Of a stretch of 64,000 nt of DNA, positions 14,296-28,629 are shown in pieces. Positions within the stretch are counted from its first letter, which is position 1. The number at the start of each line of letters is the position of its first letter. The notes under the pieces are model-generated. The model ran no database searches. It was not told the DNA's origin and saw only the letters and a program-made list of their open reading frames with translations. The DNA comes from Blasia pusilla (taxonomy: Eukaryota). The position numbers and the translations under genes were made by a program. The stretch spans positions 39,680,001 through 39,744,000 of the forward strand of contig CM114271.1 of NCBI GenBank assembly GCA_050084515.1. The letters run 5' to 3'.

Positions 14296-17200
14296 CTCGC
14301 GCGCAGCAGCGCCCACCTCGTACACCGGCAGCGCTCGGCGACGTCTAGCCTAGAAATCTGGCAAAACCTGCAGCAACCGACCGGGATCGACACGAGACGA
14401 TTTCAAACTCCCATCAATTCCTACGACATCGACATTCCGCCTTGGACTACGGTCGCAAGCACTGCTTAGATTCTTTATTCTAGCCAGACCTGCCTGCCCT
14501 ATTGATTCTCTTCCGCCTACGACCACTTCCCCTCGAAGGTTGCTCACTTCCTCGAGCTCCTCACAAATGACAGCCGTGGTCGACAAAGCTGACATCTCGA
14601 TCGTACACACATTCTGACGGCATCCATCCAAAATGTGACGAGTAATGGACTTCACCAAGAGCTCTTTGCAGATAAGCGTCACCAGACTTGTAGCTATCTA
14701 GGTTTGACAATTTGCGACTGCGGAAGTTCTGGACAGGGCCAGCTTAGGTCCTAGCAGGTCTAGCCAGATCTCTAGATCGCTATCCAAAGCTCTAGCTGTT
14801 GCTCTCGGATATGCCTGATCACGCGCGCAGGTTTTCTCCATAGCCATGGATGCACGGTAACGTTCACATTACTTCAGAGGTGTACAGTTTTGGCAACTGT
14901 CTCACGCTTCGCACGTACCCAACCTGTTGTTCAAACACGCAACAAGCTTGAGCGTGCATGAAGACGAACGAGCTCGATTAAATAGTAGGCGATTCCATGG
15001 CCAGATCCTTGACTACGGAGTCCTGCGCCTATAAATTTACACGTACAATCGATTCCACATGTACATGTTTTTCCTATATCAGAGCCGGGCCGGGCCGTGC
15101 CAGCACCAGACGCTCAATCACAACTTTCTGCAAGACTGCAGCAAACTGCCGGCCCTAGCAGCCTAGCTTGCTGATGGAGCACCGGCTCACATCTCCCGGT
15201 GGGTCGAAGCGCACGGGTTCGCAAGCTGAACTTGCACAATTTCTCACCCAGAACGCTGAATATATCGGTTGACCAGACTGACTGACAAAATCGGCCTCAG
15301 ATTCTTCATGAATGTCTACTCCTCCACTCCAGAAGTGTTTCGGACGCCACCTAGAGCCGGCCTTCCGGGCTCCCGGGCGACCAGGACCTACATAGCCTGC
15401 CTTCCCCGAAGCTCGATGCGACCAGAGCTACCACTGCTGGCCATGGTGTGTAATTCAGACTACATCTGACAGGGGGCTTCGATCTTCGAGGGATTCCTAT
15501 AGTGCGCCATAGCAGAGCTACGCGTCTCGTTTACTGTGAAACCTTTTATAAAAAGATTTCGTTCGGCCAATTGCAATTGGTGGGGGTTCGAGTCACCCCG
15601 TCCAGATACACTCGTCCCGACTATAGCGATGATAGTACATATACATACATACGGATAATGCATGATCTATAGGTAGTAGCTATGGTGCTCCGCTCCGAAA
15701 GGCCCGGCCCACAGGGTCTTTCTCTCCGGTGAGATCCTAATAAGAAATCGAAGACCGGCTTCGGACGCGCTGCCGCTAAGCCAATCTCAGGCTGACGGCT
15801 GAAAGCTTTTGAGTCTACAGAGGTTCCTGAAAGTCATGCCATTCTTTATGAAAAAGAATGTCCGGACTACGGATTTCTTACTTGTTATGTACACACACAT
15901 ATATATAGTGGTATAATTGAAGTAACTTGCAATGGGACTTCGTGCAGTCGACTGTGGCGAGCAGAAAACCCTGCGGTGGCCAGCATTTCTTCAGCCCAAA
16001 TTCAGGACTTTTGGTGTCCAGGGAAGTGGCATGACTAATATCCCCCCTGCATCTGAACTTCGATGCCGGCATTGTTTGGCTTGGATCCGGGGAAATCTTA
16101 GACACAACGCGGATCTTTCGAAGCACTCGAGTGTTTCCAGAGCTATCGGTCTCGGGAGCGAGGGATTTCCTGATCGGGTCCAGCTTGAACTGATAGCTAC
16201 TGGTCGTGTCCTGGGTGAGGCCTGTGCTGGAGCGAAGCACATCATTTCTGTACAGATAATCAGACGGACAGAGTAATCGCCAAACCTGCAACTCTATGAT
16301 CGCAGAAATAGCATCAACTGCAGACAGAGGCCCTGTCGAGCTCCATGGTGTGTAGGAGATCTTGAGATCATTACTGTTCATGAACCAACTTTAATTGAAG
16401 TTTGCAACTGAAGTCAGCCAACCAGCTAAATCCCAGTGCCAGCACCTGATCTTACTTGCTAGCTAGCAGTCATTCTTGTGACCAATTCTAAATGATCAAG
16501 TAGCGCTGGCAAGCGTTGGAATGGTTTTTCTTGTTTGAATTTTTTTGCCAAATTCACGAATGCTACATGCGTAGATCTAGATGTAGAGAATACCGCCTCC
16601 GGCCACGAGAAAGCTTGACAATTGACCAGCACGATTGCGATCGACTTACCGGGAAGCTAGCTGATGGAGTGGTTGCCTGGGGTAGTAAGCATCACCTCAC
16701 CTCTCCTCACCTCAAAATCGTGGGAGTGAACTCAGAGCTGTCCACCCATGTCCGATCCCGGGAGCGAGCGATCGCGAACAGCGTTTCTGTGATCGATCGA
16801 ATCGACTAGTGCACTGAGAAACAGCGAGCTACCGCCTTCAGATAATAATCGTACTGAGAAACACAAGGGCTTCGATCGACCGAAATGGATTCCTCGCTGG
16901 TTGTAAGCTGGCGTGGATCGGAAGACGCTCACAATGTCAGGAAGATGCATGGAGGGATCCCACCGAGTCCCGCCGAGAACTTCATCGATACGAGTTTAAT
17001 CCGAGACGACATGTACGCACGTCCACCTCCAGTACCCGTTCCCCCGCCCCCCCTGAGGTTCTCAGAAGCTCACGCCCACGCCCAAACCCTTGCATATTCA
17101 CCAGCGTATGTCCATCCATGCACCCGCGCGGCCCTCGCAGCAACCACTACCCCGCACCGAATCAAATCTTCTCTTTCTCTCTCTAGAAGATCATCATCCT

Positions 17201-19783
17201 CAGCAACCCGGCGACGGCCTCCCCATTGCGCGCTCAGCGGTCGCTTCGTCATCCTGCCCGCTTCAGGAGAGGCTCCCTCCCACAGCGCTCTCTCTCGCTC
17301 TTCCCCTTTCCTTCCTCCTTTCGACTCAACGACTTCGAGTTCCGGAGCTGTACCTCTCTCTAGTCGTTAGCTGCTAGCACTGCCCCTCCCTCACCGGTAG
17401 TTTCTCCCCGGGGCACACAGGAGGGGTAGCAGCAAGCCTCTTAGGTACCACAGCCTAGGTACCGAGTTCTACAGACGAACGAGTCAGTCCTATCCTATGA
17501 CAATTTCCTGCTTATGATTGAGCGGCTCTGGGCCAGGGCCGGGGCGTAGGGATTGGTGGGATCCTTACAGGTCGCAGTGGGCAACCAGCGCGCTCGCGGC
17601 GGAACCATGGAGATTCGAGAACGGTGCAGCATCCTTGAGCCGAAGGGAAGGGAAGAGAAGAGAGGAGAGAGGCGGAACTCGTCTCAGCGTCTGTCACAAA
17701 CCGTCGTCGTCTCCTTCTTCTACTTCCTTCCAATGAATTTTATGCTCTCTCTATCTCTCTCTAAAGATAGTACATACACGTAGATGATAGCGCTGAACGC
17801 TTAAGTGCTTTCTGTTCCAGTTGGTACGGGGCGCCGAGACACCGGGCAGGGTCGGGGCAGGCCGTCAGTCATCAGTGCGGCCCCAACAGCAATCGCTCGC
17901 TCGCTTACTCACTCAATCACGCACTGACTGCCATAGCTCAGGACGACTCGCTGCGGAGGTCGAACAAACGGCGAATATGTGGTCGCTGCGCTTCGCCGAC
18001 CTCACCTTCCTTCCCCAACTCCACCAGCCGCCGCCTCTGCCATCCTTACGAGAACATTCGCTACAGGAGGAGGAAGAGGAAGCTCATCTCATCGCACGGA
18101 CGCGAATCTCCCATTTTTGTGGGCTTCGAGTGACCCGATAAATGCATGGATAACTGCCCATTTCCCATCACGGTATTTGTTTCGTTCGTCTTCAATGTAG
18201 TGGCCGCAGCGGCTCTGGAATGTCACAATGATTATCATTATTACTACGCTAGTTGTTATCTATTCCTACAATCATTCTTCTGTCTCCGAGCGCAACGATC
18301 AGTCGTATCTTTCCCACCTTCGGATATCCACATGTATCTTCGTGATCATGGCCACCAATACGAAATTATCGACATATCTGAACGCACACTTCCGCCTTCA
18401 ATTATTAGTCGGCGACGGCGAAATACGAGGCCTGGGAAGAAGAGGCGGCGAAGTCCTCCTACTCCACGGCGAGCGATCGAGAGAGTGTCCGCGACATACG
18501 AGCAGTAGCAGTAGCACTAGCAGTAGCACCCGCCTGCGCTGTGTCCGTTGGATATTGAAAAGAAGATCCGCAGGCAGCTAGCTTCGGCCCATGCTGAACG
18601 ACCCGAGTAGCCGGTCGGACAAGCTCACTAAACTCGAAACGTCGCCAGTCACACACAGCCTCGGAGAGTTGGTGGGCCCTACTAGTTTGAGATGCTCCTT
18701 CCGCAATTCGCGCAACTCGCATTCCCCCGAAAATTGTGTCAGTTTAGAGCTCTGGTGAGCAGATCTTCGGCCACGGACGGACACGGCGCCTGTGGTGGCA
18801 GGGCTCCAGCAATCGGACGGCGGCAGAGGCAAGAGCTTACAGGTGCCCTAAGTCTCCGGGGCCGTTTTGATCCGACGTGGCGGTGACGTAGGGTACGCAC
18901 GGGGGCTCCAGCCAAGTCCGAAGCGGCCAGCGCGGGAGCTTCCTCCCTTGCGGCTCTCCGTAACTGCATAGGGCAACGGATCGCAATAAATCTGCCAAGA
19001 ACGTCCGTTGGGCACTGCCGACGTAATTGATGGCGCGACCTTATTTACACAAATCGCCTGCTCCGCCTGTACTTTTGCCGTTATCCGAACCTTTGCTGCG
19101 ATTAGGCCCCGTCGATTACCCTTTTAGCTTATCCCATCCATGCAAGCGTGCCCGACTAAACCGGACTTTTTCTTTTCGCTTCTTTGCTGCTTTTATGGGC
19201 GATTTTTTTTTCATCGTTTCAAATTTGGCTTCACTTGTTGGCATGAGTGTTATTTACAAAATATCACAAGTGTGCATCCTTGGGACGGGAAGTAGTTATT
19301 ATAGTCGAGTTAACTACAAGTTGATAGCTTAGATAGTGAAAAAAAATAGAATGTACGAAGGGGTCGTAATTAATTAGACTAGTAAGATGATGGGAAATAA
19401 AAAAATGTTTGAAAAGTTTTTAAATAGTGCGGAAGGAATTATCGATATAACATGCAAATTAAAAAAAAATTCTTGTTGTTCAATTGTCACGCGTCAAACA
19501 TATAGATATTTGCAAATCAAGAAGGCACTCTCCCATAATAATATAGATGTAGGGCATGACCGACCCCACTGAGCTACCATTAATTCATGGTGAAATGAAT
19601 GGGGCTTTCTTATTTAGTTATGAAAGAATTTTTAGTTATATGCACGAATCCTGCAACAAATCATGGTTCTTACGACCGGCTCATATGACCAATCATAGTT
19701 ATATATGTACAAAAATGAATGGCAATACCTGATGACTCATGGAGTCACAAAAGCCTAGTCATTTGTGTGCACATTGTGAAAGA

Positions 19784-19925
19784 TCTTGATTTAGTTGGAG
19801 ATATTTTGGTACTCGATTATCTTGATGTTTAGATGTCATAAGTAAGTATGGTATCTTATGTGTTTGTGTCTGTATTTAATGACAATGATGTATGTTGTAA
19901 AGCAATGTGTATGCGTCGTGAGACA
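19784..19925 (+). repeat. Isolated A-type terminal repeat of the Gypsy-DNMT family
   Basis: gttggagatattttggtact...tgtatgttgtaaagcaatgtgtatgcg...gagaca resembles the A repeat at 21022-21149 and ends in CA. It abuts, in inverted orientation, the truncated A repeat of element X. Confidence 0.6.
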
Positions 19926-20505
19926 TTAACTCATGACATCTAAACATTGAGACGATCAAGTACGAAAATATCTCCAATCGACCCCCTAGTTGATGGCTAG
20001 GTCCCTCTAACTCGAGATAGCTATCTGTCCTTACCTACCATGATACAAATCTCTATGATGCTAAGAGCAAAAAGATCGGGTGCTCATTAGTGGCCTTCTT
20101 ATTATCCATGTCACAAACATAAGTCTGCATCTATGACTACCTAGTATCTACACTATGGATATCTGGGGTACATCCATCGTCCCTGAGGAACCCTAATGAG
20201 AGGTGGCGTTAGACATGCAATATGCCACCCTCTCAAATATCAATCATAAACTAGCATTGTGGCTACACCATGGGCACATCCACACAACATATAATGCAAG
20301 CCTGCAAGAACTACTGCTAAGCTTGGATCACATCTATTTACAATGTTAGGAAGGTGACATGGCGCACAGTTACGCACATGGTCCTTCCAAACCATATCAT
20401 CACGTCCCTCTAATAAGAGAACATCAAATGGCAACATATCATGCACTATCAAGATGATGCGCCCTGCAATCACATCCAACGTTATAGGTATTGTCTATTG
20501 CAAGT

Positions 20506-21149
20506 TGTCATGACTGTTAGGATAGATCGGTGGGATCTAGCAGAGCGTCTGCACGAGTAGTGGAGGACAGGCCCAGGAGGTTGAGGATGACATGTTGAGG
20601 CCCCGGGAAACTTGAGAGAGCAGGTTTCCCTTTCGTTTCGGCTCATTTGGAGCCATATAGATAAAATTACTATTTCGGGTAAGTTTCCATATTGGGGATA
20701 GTTGACTTTCCACTTTGGGAAGTGGCCCTTGACCCGCTACAGCAGGTCAAGAGCCAAGGAGGTGACCTACGAGCATAGGTTACCGTTGAGAGGGCTTGGG
20801 AGAGGAAAGGGTGTATACCTCCAAGAGAGAGAGAGAGCTTGAGAGCTCATTCTCTCTTTGTTGAACCCTTGGCATAAGGCGGCGGAGCTATGGTCCCTTG
20901 CCTTGTGAGTGTAACCCAAGCCTCTCATTAGGAGAGTGGGTTTGGTTTGATATGAGAGAGAGTACACACCTTTGAGAGCTATAGGTGTGAGATGTTGTAG
21001 AGAGAGATTGGATCTTACTTTATTGGAGATATTTTGGTACTTCTCGCCTCTATGTATGGATGCCACGAGTTAGCATGGGATCGTGTGTGTTTGTGTGTGT
21101 ATTCGATGACAATAATGTATTTTGTGTAGCGATGTGTATGCGCACGATA
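20506..21149 (+). mobile_element. Solo terminal unit B-A (Y family) with 4-bp TSD AAGT, inserted in the integrase C-terminus of X
   Basis: Starts TGTCA, ends GCGCACGATA (CA mutated to TA). AAGT lies at 20502-20505 and 21150-21153. Removing the unit restores the RFHQGDYVYLQ reading of X. B (20506-21021) is homologous to 22565-23081 and A (21022-21149) to the sequence from 41013. Confidence 0.88.
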
Positions 21150-22564
21150 AAGTAGACATAGTCTCCCTGATGAAACCTTGAGATCATTGGTGGAAAACTA
21201 CCACTACGAATAGTCGTATATCTCAAAGTATATCAATATTGCGCAATCGAAAAGTTCTCAAACGCCATGGGCATAACTATCTAAAACAAATTGGCCCTCC
21301 AAGAACATGCTCGCATCCATACATCAAAGTCATCGAGGTTCAACACCTCATAAACATCACAGCCGTAGATAAAGTACGCTCTCGGCCATAAAGCAACAAA
21401 TACGGTGAGAAAGACATTAAGGATGTTTGTATGTTGAATCTATATCCCATTGCTAACCACGATAACTATAGGTCCCAATCTCCTAGGTGACCTCTTTGCA
21501 AGCCATACTTATGTAAACCTCTTTTCATAATCTAAACGACTCTCTCTAGTAGTCCATCTGTTTCAGCCTCTCAAGATGATCTCGCGAAGGACTGCGGTGG
21601 TCAATCAACACCTGATAAGACAAGGCTTGAAACTTCCCATAAAAATCCATACTGTCAACACCTCAAAGTGGTGCGCCATAATAACTCGGCACTTGATCTA
21701 GGAAGGCATATGCTACTCCCTTATATACTTTGTTTGGAAATGCAACGAACTCTATCCACTTCCAGAAGTATTCGATCATCACCAACACATAATAACTATG
21801 ATGATCCATCAAAGATAAAGGTCTTGCAAAATCGAAACTTCATCTATAGCCTAAACCTATGATTGGTAATGGATGCAACTGTGGAGTCGGAGCATTGAAT
21901 GATGCCCGCACCAGATCACACATCATGCATCTCAAATAAACTGTTGAACATGAGTCTACATGTCTCGCCACCAATACTATATTTGGAGCAATTTTTACGT
22001 CGCTTTACTCCAAAGTGACCTTACCTCCTTGTGGACATGTTGCATCAAACATACTCTCTACGAAGGATGAGGCACAACGCGTACTCTACCATCCTCCAAA
22101 ACTCGTAACACATGCATCATTTCCCACCAAAACCATCTGACTCGCTGTAGGATCCAATCCTGCTCTCTAGCATCCACTATATAGTATGCTCATAACGTTC
22201 TCAATATGCAAGTACTCCAAGATTACTCCATCCTCCTTGATATCTCAGCCACTCGTCACCTCCTTATTGGCCTCTCGATCTAAGGGCTCTCCATCAGACC
22301 TTACCATCAAAGTCTAACCACTCTGCCTCTCAATAGTCAACAAGCCCAGATAGGTTAATGCATGTTATCTAGGCACTCTCCTTATCACTCTCTCTATCCC
22401 ATCCAGCTAACCCTCATCCGATGTTGCGATCCTTATAAAGTTATAATTGGCCTACCATGAAAGTGGAAAATATGCTCGTAAATCCACATTTACCCCATCC
22501 AAAAATATTACATGGCCGATCCATACACAAACATGATATGCACTCGATATGCACTCGTCACCAC

Positions 22565-23081
22565 TGTCACGGCTTTTAGGATAGATCGGTGAGATCTAGT
22601 GGAGCGCCTTTGTGAGTAGTGGAGGACAGGCTCAGTAGGTCGATGATGACCTATTGAGGCCCCGGGAAACCAGAGAGAGCAAGTTTCCCCTTCGTTTCGG
22701 CTCATTTGGAGTCATATTGAAGAACTTACTATTTTAGGTAATTACCATTTTGAGTATATGATCAATTGAATATTTTTGGTAAGTGGCCCTTGACCTCCTA
22801 CATCAGGTCAAGAGCCAAGGAGGTGACTTGGGAGCATAGGTTACCATGGAGAGAGCTTGGGAGAGGGGAGGGGTATACCTCAAGGAGAGAGAGCTTGAGA
22901 GCTCATTCTTTCTTTGTTGAACCTCTTGGTATGAGGCGGTGGAGCTATGGTCTTGCTTGCCTTGTGTGTGTAATCCAAGCCTCTCATTAGGAGAGTGGGT
23001 TTGGTTTGACATTAAGAGAGATATGTGAGAGTGCACACATGTGAGAACTATGGTGGGGTGAGAGAGATTGGATCTCATTTT
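22565..23081 (+). repeat. 5' B repeat of element Y (no A segment follows it)
   Basis: Aligns with 20506-21021 up to gatctcatttt. The solo unit then continues into A, whereas Y continues into the PBS-like acaaagagagaaagag. Confidence 0.85.
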
Positions 23082-26000
23082 ACAAAGAGAGAAAGAGTGA
23101 GTGAGAGAGCTTCATGGGGGAGTTCACTGGTCACTCGCTGGTTTTGCAGGTTGGGGATCGTATTCCCCGTTCAGCAGTTCATGGGAGTGCTCACCGGAGC
23201 AAGAGCCGCTTATTTGTGATGGTTCTTTTGCCGATTTTTTGTGTGGAAGAGTGGCGCGCAGAAGCGCTGCCTAATTTTTATAGGGATTGAGTATGGGGGT
23301 AGGTTTCCCCATCCCGTGCTCTCGAGAGCACTATGTAACTTGCTCATTTGTATTTTCACAGGTTTTACATCTTCGTTGGGTGAAATCAGCGCGAAAGCGC
23401 AGCCAAATTTTGTGTAGGAGAAAGAGACATTGGGCTTTACGACAGTCCCCGTCAGTTTTTACTCAAAATTTCTGATTTCAAATATTTTTGACGCCATCGT
23501 AGATCGTGAAGCTATACATGCCGTGCAAAAAAAATGCACAATTTGGAGTTGCGAGAAAAAAATTATGGTCAATCTTGCAAAATTGCCATTGTTAGGCGAT
23601 TTTTAGGCTACGTCGCCCAGTGCCGCACCCCATTCTCGAGTGTCGTGCGTTTCGTGCCGCAAATGCCACACCGAAGTGCTGGACCTGCACCGCACATCTA
23701 GGAGGTTTGAGCAGCATCAGTACGAGAGGAGTATGACTTGCTGATTGGAGGAGTTATCTTCCCGACCGAGTTGGGGTCGAGATTTGCAGTTGCCGAGGAG
23801 CGACATCGACATTTGTGTCAGGTTACCCATTCTGGTCTCTTACCCTACACGTGTGAGGGATTTTCGGGTATTAAGAAGTTATTTGGGATATTGGGTTTCG
23901 TGTTGATGCTAGGAGTATCGATGATGTATAGGTTTAGGCGACATAAACCTATGTGGGATGTCCAGAGTTTAGGATGGTTTGTCGATGAGACGATAGATCA
24001 ATTGATTTGCCGCACCACGCTGCTTATTTCCGCATAGCACACGTCTCAGTAAGAGAATGTAGATTGAGTGCCGCATATTTAGTTTGAGTGATTGAGGGAT
24101 TACTCGCGAGATTGAGAGTGATCTTGTGAGAGGGGCACGAGGGCCATCACGGCGTCCTTTCAGGATTTTGAGAGGCGAGGTAGTGGACCTGAGAATAGCT
24201 TTGGAGGGTTTACCAGGAGTGGTGCGAGGTTTCGAGGGTCTCCACATGTGAGAGACCACCTCGATCTCCTTCTTTGTCATTTTTAAAAAGGGGGGAGCGT
24301 GTAGAGGAGTGTGTTAGTGATCCAACGTACACATTGAGTGGTCCTACCAGTTGGGCGTACGAGATGGACGATCGGGATAGAGGACGCGTAGGTTTTTGGG
24401 TGTTGTATGCACTGTAGAGCTACATGACTTCATTGCGGAGTTTAGGAGTTGGTGTGACTCACAGCGGGCAAGGAACTCTAGAGAGTTTAACCCGTTTACA
24501 CCATGGAACGATATGTTCCAGTATTTAGAGGGGGCGCCCACGGACGATGCCCAGGATCGAGATTGAGGCATGGCAACTCTACTATGACCCACACTTTGTG
24601 TCATGGACGGAGCCATTTCCAGATGAGGAGAAGGAGTCAGGAGAGGCTACTTCCTCTTCCACTAGTGATATTTTAGGAGGAGTCACTCGCACTGAAGCAG
24701 TTGCATCGTCTAGTTAGGTTCGTCCCAGGTTCAACCCAATGGTTGAGTTCTTTGCTGAGTTGAGGGCGAGCTACCAAGGGGTACGAACGGAGAAGTTTCG
24801 GAGCATCCATGAATTCTAGAGGCGCTCGGGTGAGAGTTTGCGTGAGGCTTACACTCGCTTGCGCCGGTTGATCAATGTCACTTAGGGGATGACAGAGGCT
24901 CAGGCTATCCAGTCATGGTACGGGATGCTAGATCGGACCCTGCGGACACGGGTGCGGGAGGGGGTGCTCCTTATGAACACCTCCCCTACGTTGAGAGATG
25001 TTTTTAGGACCGCCGAGAACATTGAGCGGAACATGGCGGAGGAGAGCATAGCCACCATGGGTTCTAGGCGAGAGCAATCACGATTGTCTGCACCACCAGT
25101 ACAGCAACGTGGACTCTTAGATAGGTCGACTGTGGCACCACGAGCTCAAGGAGGATACTAGGAGGCCGTGCCATAAAGACCTGCGCCTTCATATGCGGCT
25201 TAGCAGTAGCCGCCTACGATTACTTGTTGGTCATATGGTGGAGCCCATCATCAACGCGACTCCACTCGTCAGGGTTACGGACATGTGTCTTAGCATGGAG
25301 GAGGAGATGGTGCTGCACCATGAGGTTATCAGTGTGACTATTTTTAGAGGTATGATCATACACGCGCCAAGTGTTTCAATTTACACCTTGAGTTACATCC
25401 GGACCAAGGGCCAAAGAGGGCACAAGAGCGAGTAGCCGGTCCGGGTGGGCTAGAGATCGTGCACCAAGTGGTCTCGTTGGGAGACAAGGAGCTGGAGTTG
25501 CCCGACAAGATGGTAGAGGTGCCCGTGGAGGAGGTAGAGTCCCACCACCTAGACGCATTGAGGGAGACGCCAAGCGTGAGGCTGGGATGGTTGCTCAGAT
25601 ACAGTAGCTACAAGACTAGATTGTCGCTATGGCATTGAGGTTACCCGATGCCGGATTCGTGGCATCGACATCATATGGAGCAGCCAGAGATATGGAGGAT
25701 CCTAGTTGGATGTGCGGGGTTGCCCAGATGGAGGCCGCCGCAATTGTGACACATAGAGTAGCCGCAAAGTTGGATCCACAGCGAGGGAAAGCCAGGAAAC
25801 AGTCCAGGCTTCCTCAGTCTTTCACGTTGTCCAAGGTGATCAGGACCCACCCTGATCACAGTTCTTGGAAAGTTGGTGATGTTGTTGGTGTGCAGGCATG
25901 GAGGGCAATGGGAGAAGCAAGTGCGACGACTCCTATGGCTGATGCTCAGGAGTGGCATGTGTCAAGCACATTGTTGGGGGCTGCCATCGTTGTGAATCGC

Positions 26001-26989
26001 GCTCCTTTATTTTCTGCTTCGATGTTATGACATTGGGAGGTACATCCGTCGAGATTTTTTGGTTGGCCGCTACCCTATATGAGCGTGGAGTTGGAGTTCT
26101 TGCATCATGTTCACATGTGATTGTAGAGGAGGTGATGGACCTGCCCTTGGAGCGGATGCTCGGGCCGTCCACGTCATATTCATGGCAGGCTGCGGTTGCT
26201 AGGATGGCGGAGATGCCCGCTAGACCCGCGATAGAGCGTGCCATGGCTTCTCCTGTTGTTGTGTTGTTGGATAACCGGGGAGAGGTCTTCTAGTTGGTGA
26301 GTCACGGAAGTAGAGATTTTAGTCCGCAACGCGTCTTGTTGGATTCAAGAGCGCAACCCCTGATATTGGGGAACGCGTCATTCAGAGGATTGGGCTTGAC
26401 GAGAGCCGATGTGGAGCGTTGTCCATTCCGGATATAGACATCCTTGGGTGGAGCGAATACCACACAGTATATCATCTGACAAGAAGTCGTGATGAGGATT
26501 CGCCCAAGACATCCTACAGATGAGTCTGTGGTGCGAGCCAAAGCGATATTGACTAATGCAAAGTCCCATGACGTCTTGGTTGGTGGAGCAGTGTTATACC
26601 CGATGGGGTTTTCCCTGGATTACTGGGAGGAGTCAGCGTCCTACAAACCAGGATGGTAGTTAGGCGATGGGCGCTTTAGCTCATTACCCATTCGATTCAT
26701 AGATGCAGTGATCGAGCGACGGCCAGGAGAGATGGCGACCTTAGTAGCATTTAGCAATGCAATTACTTGGCCTGGTGATTTGAATGAGGGACATGTCCAT
26801 GCAGAGGATACTCCCGTTCCTGACATTTCTATGGAGAGGAGTGTCATGGTAGCTGCATCATTCCATGGAGGAGAGGTGCCGCTTTTGGGCTTGACTGAGG
26901 AGCTCCGACGCTTAGCCACTGACCATGTGCAGACCACGTCACTATAGTGTGACGGGTCAGAGGAACCCTAGGTATGCAGGAGTGATGCT

Positions 26990-28000
26990 ATGACCCCTTT
27001 GGACACCATCCCAATTGTGTGGTGCATCCCAAAGGAGGATATTCGGGTGTTGGATCTCTTTAGGGGGATTAGCATTGGGTTAGTTGTTGTTTTGGACGTT
27101 GGAGTGCGCGTGCAGCAGTACTTGTATGTGGAGATTGATGATGTTGCAAGGCGCGCTTCACTTCACCATGTGGCGTTGTTATGCCTCCGTTTTCCTGACT
27201 TATTGTCTGCATCCGCCATTTAGGATTACCAGAGTTCTCTACCAAGGGATATTTTATTTTTGGGGGCGCGAGACTTGGAGCGGGTAGGGACCATAGACTT
27301 AGTCATTGCTTGTTGGCCATGCCGGGGCCAATTGAGTGTTGGATGAGGTAGCGGGTTAGTTGACACTTGGTCCAGGTTTTTTTGGGAGATGATGCGGATC
27401 TTGCGACATTTACATGAGCATCAACCTCGTTCTCCAGCATACATTTTGAAGAATGTGCCAATTTTGGGCGATTCGAGGTCGCGCGTGATGACGAGTGCAC
27501 ATCAGGTGCGTGCATAGATCGGCCCGGAATGTTGTTAGATGCGGTGAGTGTAGGTTCTAGAGCACACCGCCCGCGTCTTTGGTGGTCCAACTTGGTACCA
27601 CATGAGGTGTTGCGGAGGGCTTATGCGAGAGTAGAGCGTCCCTCTGATTTGTTGGTGGATTCTATATTGGATCCGGGCCGTCAATCACATGCAGTGAGGC
27701 ACGATGACTGTGATCAACAGGATTGGCATGCCACGAGCAGCCTTTCCCACATTGGTGAGTTTTCCCGCTTCCTATGCATTCAAGGAGGCCGGACCTGGCT
27801 TGGTTTGGGATTACCAGATACAGAGGTTGATGGAGCCCAACGCTAATGAGCGAGAGCGACCGATGGGATTCCCCACAGGAGTAATGGCAATATCGTCACT
27901 ATAGGAGATATCACGACGTCATGTCTTGGGTCAAGCGATGGACTTGAACTGCTTAACATGGATTTTCAGCTTAGAAGTAGCTGAGCAACATCGTTTGAGG
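26990..28000 (+). pseudogene. DNMT3-like C5 cytosine methyltransferase domain of element Y (disrupted)
   Basis: Motif I VLDLFRGISIG, motif IV DLVIACWPCRG (Cys codon 27320-27322), motif VI YILKNVP, motif VIII GSRAHRPRLWWSNL, motif IX EPNANERERPMGFP, motif X LGQAMDLNCL. Confidence 0.85.
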
Positions 28001-28010
28001 ATGCGACAGA

Positions 28011-28148
28011 TGTCGTGCGCATACATATCGCTACACAACATACATCGCTCGTCACATCTACACCACACAACACCGATCTTCCCCACACACGGGTTGATCC
28101 ACACATGTACAAAAATCAACTCATACATATACATGGAGATCACACAAC
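28011..28148 (-). repeat. Terminal A repeat of Z (138 bp)
   Basis: Near-identical to 28630-28767; on the sense strand it ends ...GCGCACGACA at the TSD. Confidence 0.92.
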
Positions 28149-28627
28149 AAAAATAAAGAGTAGTAAAAACGGCACACCCGGCCTAAAACTCCACTCCTCA
28201 ATCTACATCGGCATATCGAGCCTCGTCCACCCTGTGCTATCAAGGAATCCGGACGTTAGCACCCTAGTCCTAGCTCACACACATACAAGGGAGGCGCTCC
28301 AATGGCCCAACATGAGAAAGATGGCTTAGAAAGCCATCTTCCTCTCTTATATAGGGTTGGGAAGAGCCAAAAGGCTCTTCCCCTAAAAATAGTCCTTCCC
28401 TTGGTAACCTGCGCGCACAAGTGACCAGGGGCGGGTGACCTGGTCAACAAGTCACCCGGCTGTAAAAGACCTCAATATGACATTTGTCAGGAACGACGTT
28501 CCTGACACAATGGACCTATCCTCAACCTCATCCGACACCGTGGGACAAAGTTACACTCAAGATAGTCCGCTGGCTCCTACGCCCTATCCACGATAGATCT
28601 CGGCCTATCGGCTACTCAGATGTGACA
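28149..28627 (-). repeat. 3' B repeat of Z
   Basis: Highly similar to 36998-37480 apart from a few indels. Confidence 0.92.
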
Positions 28628-28629
28628 AT

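Noticed and set aside
15878-18969. ORFs of 100-167 aa upstream of the bHLH gene, considered as extra N-terminal exons
   Set aside because: No MYC-N or other domain motifs and no convincing splice path to the bHLH exon.
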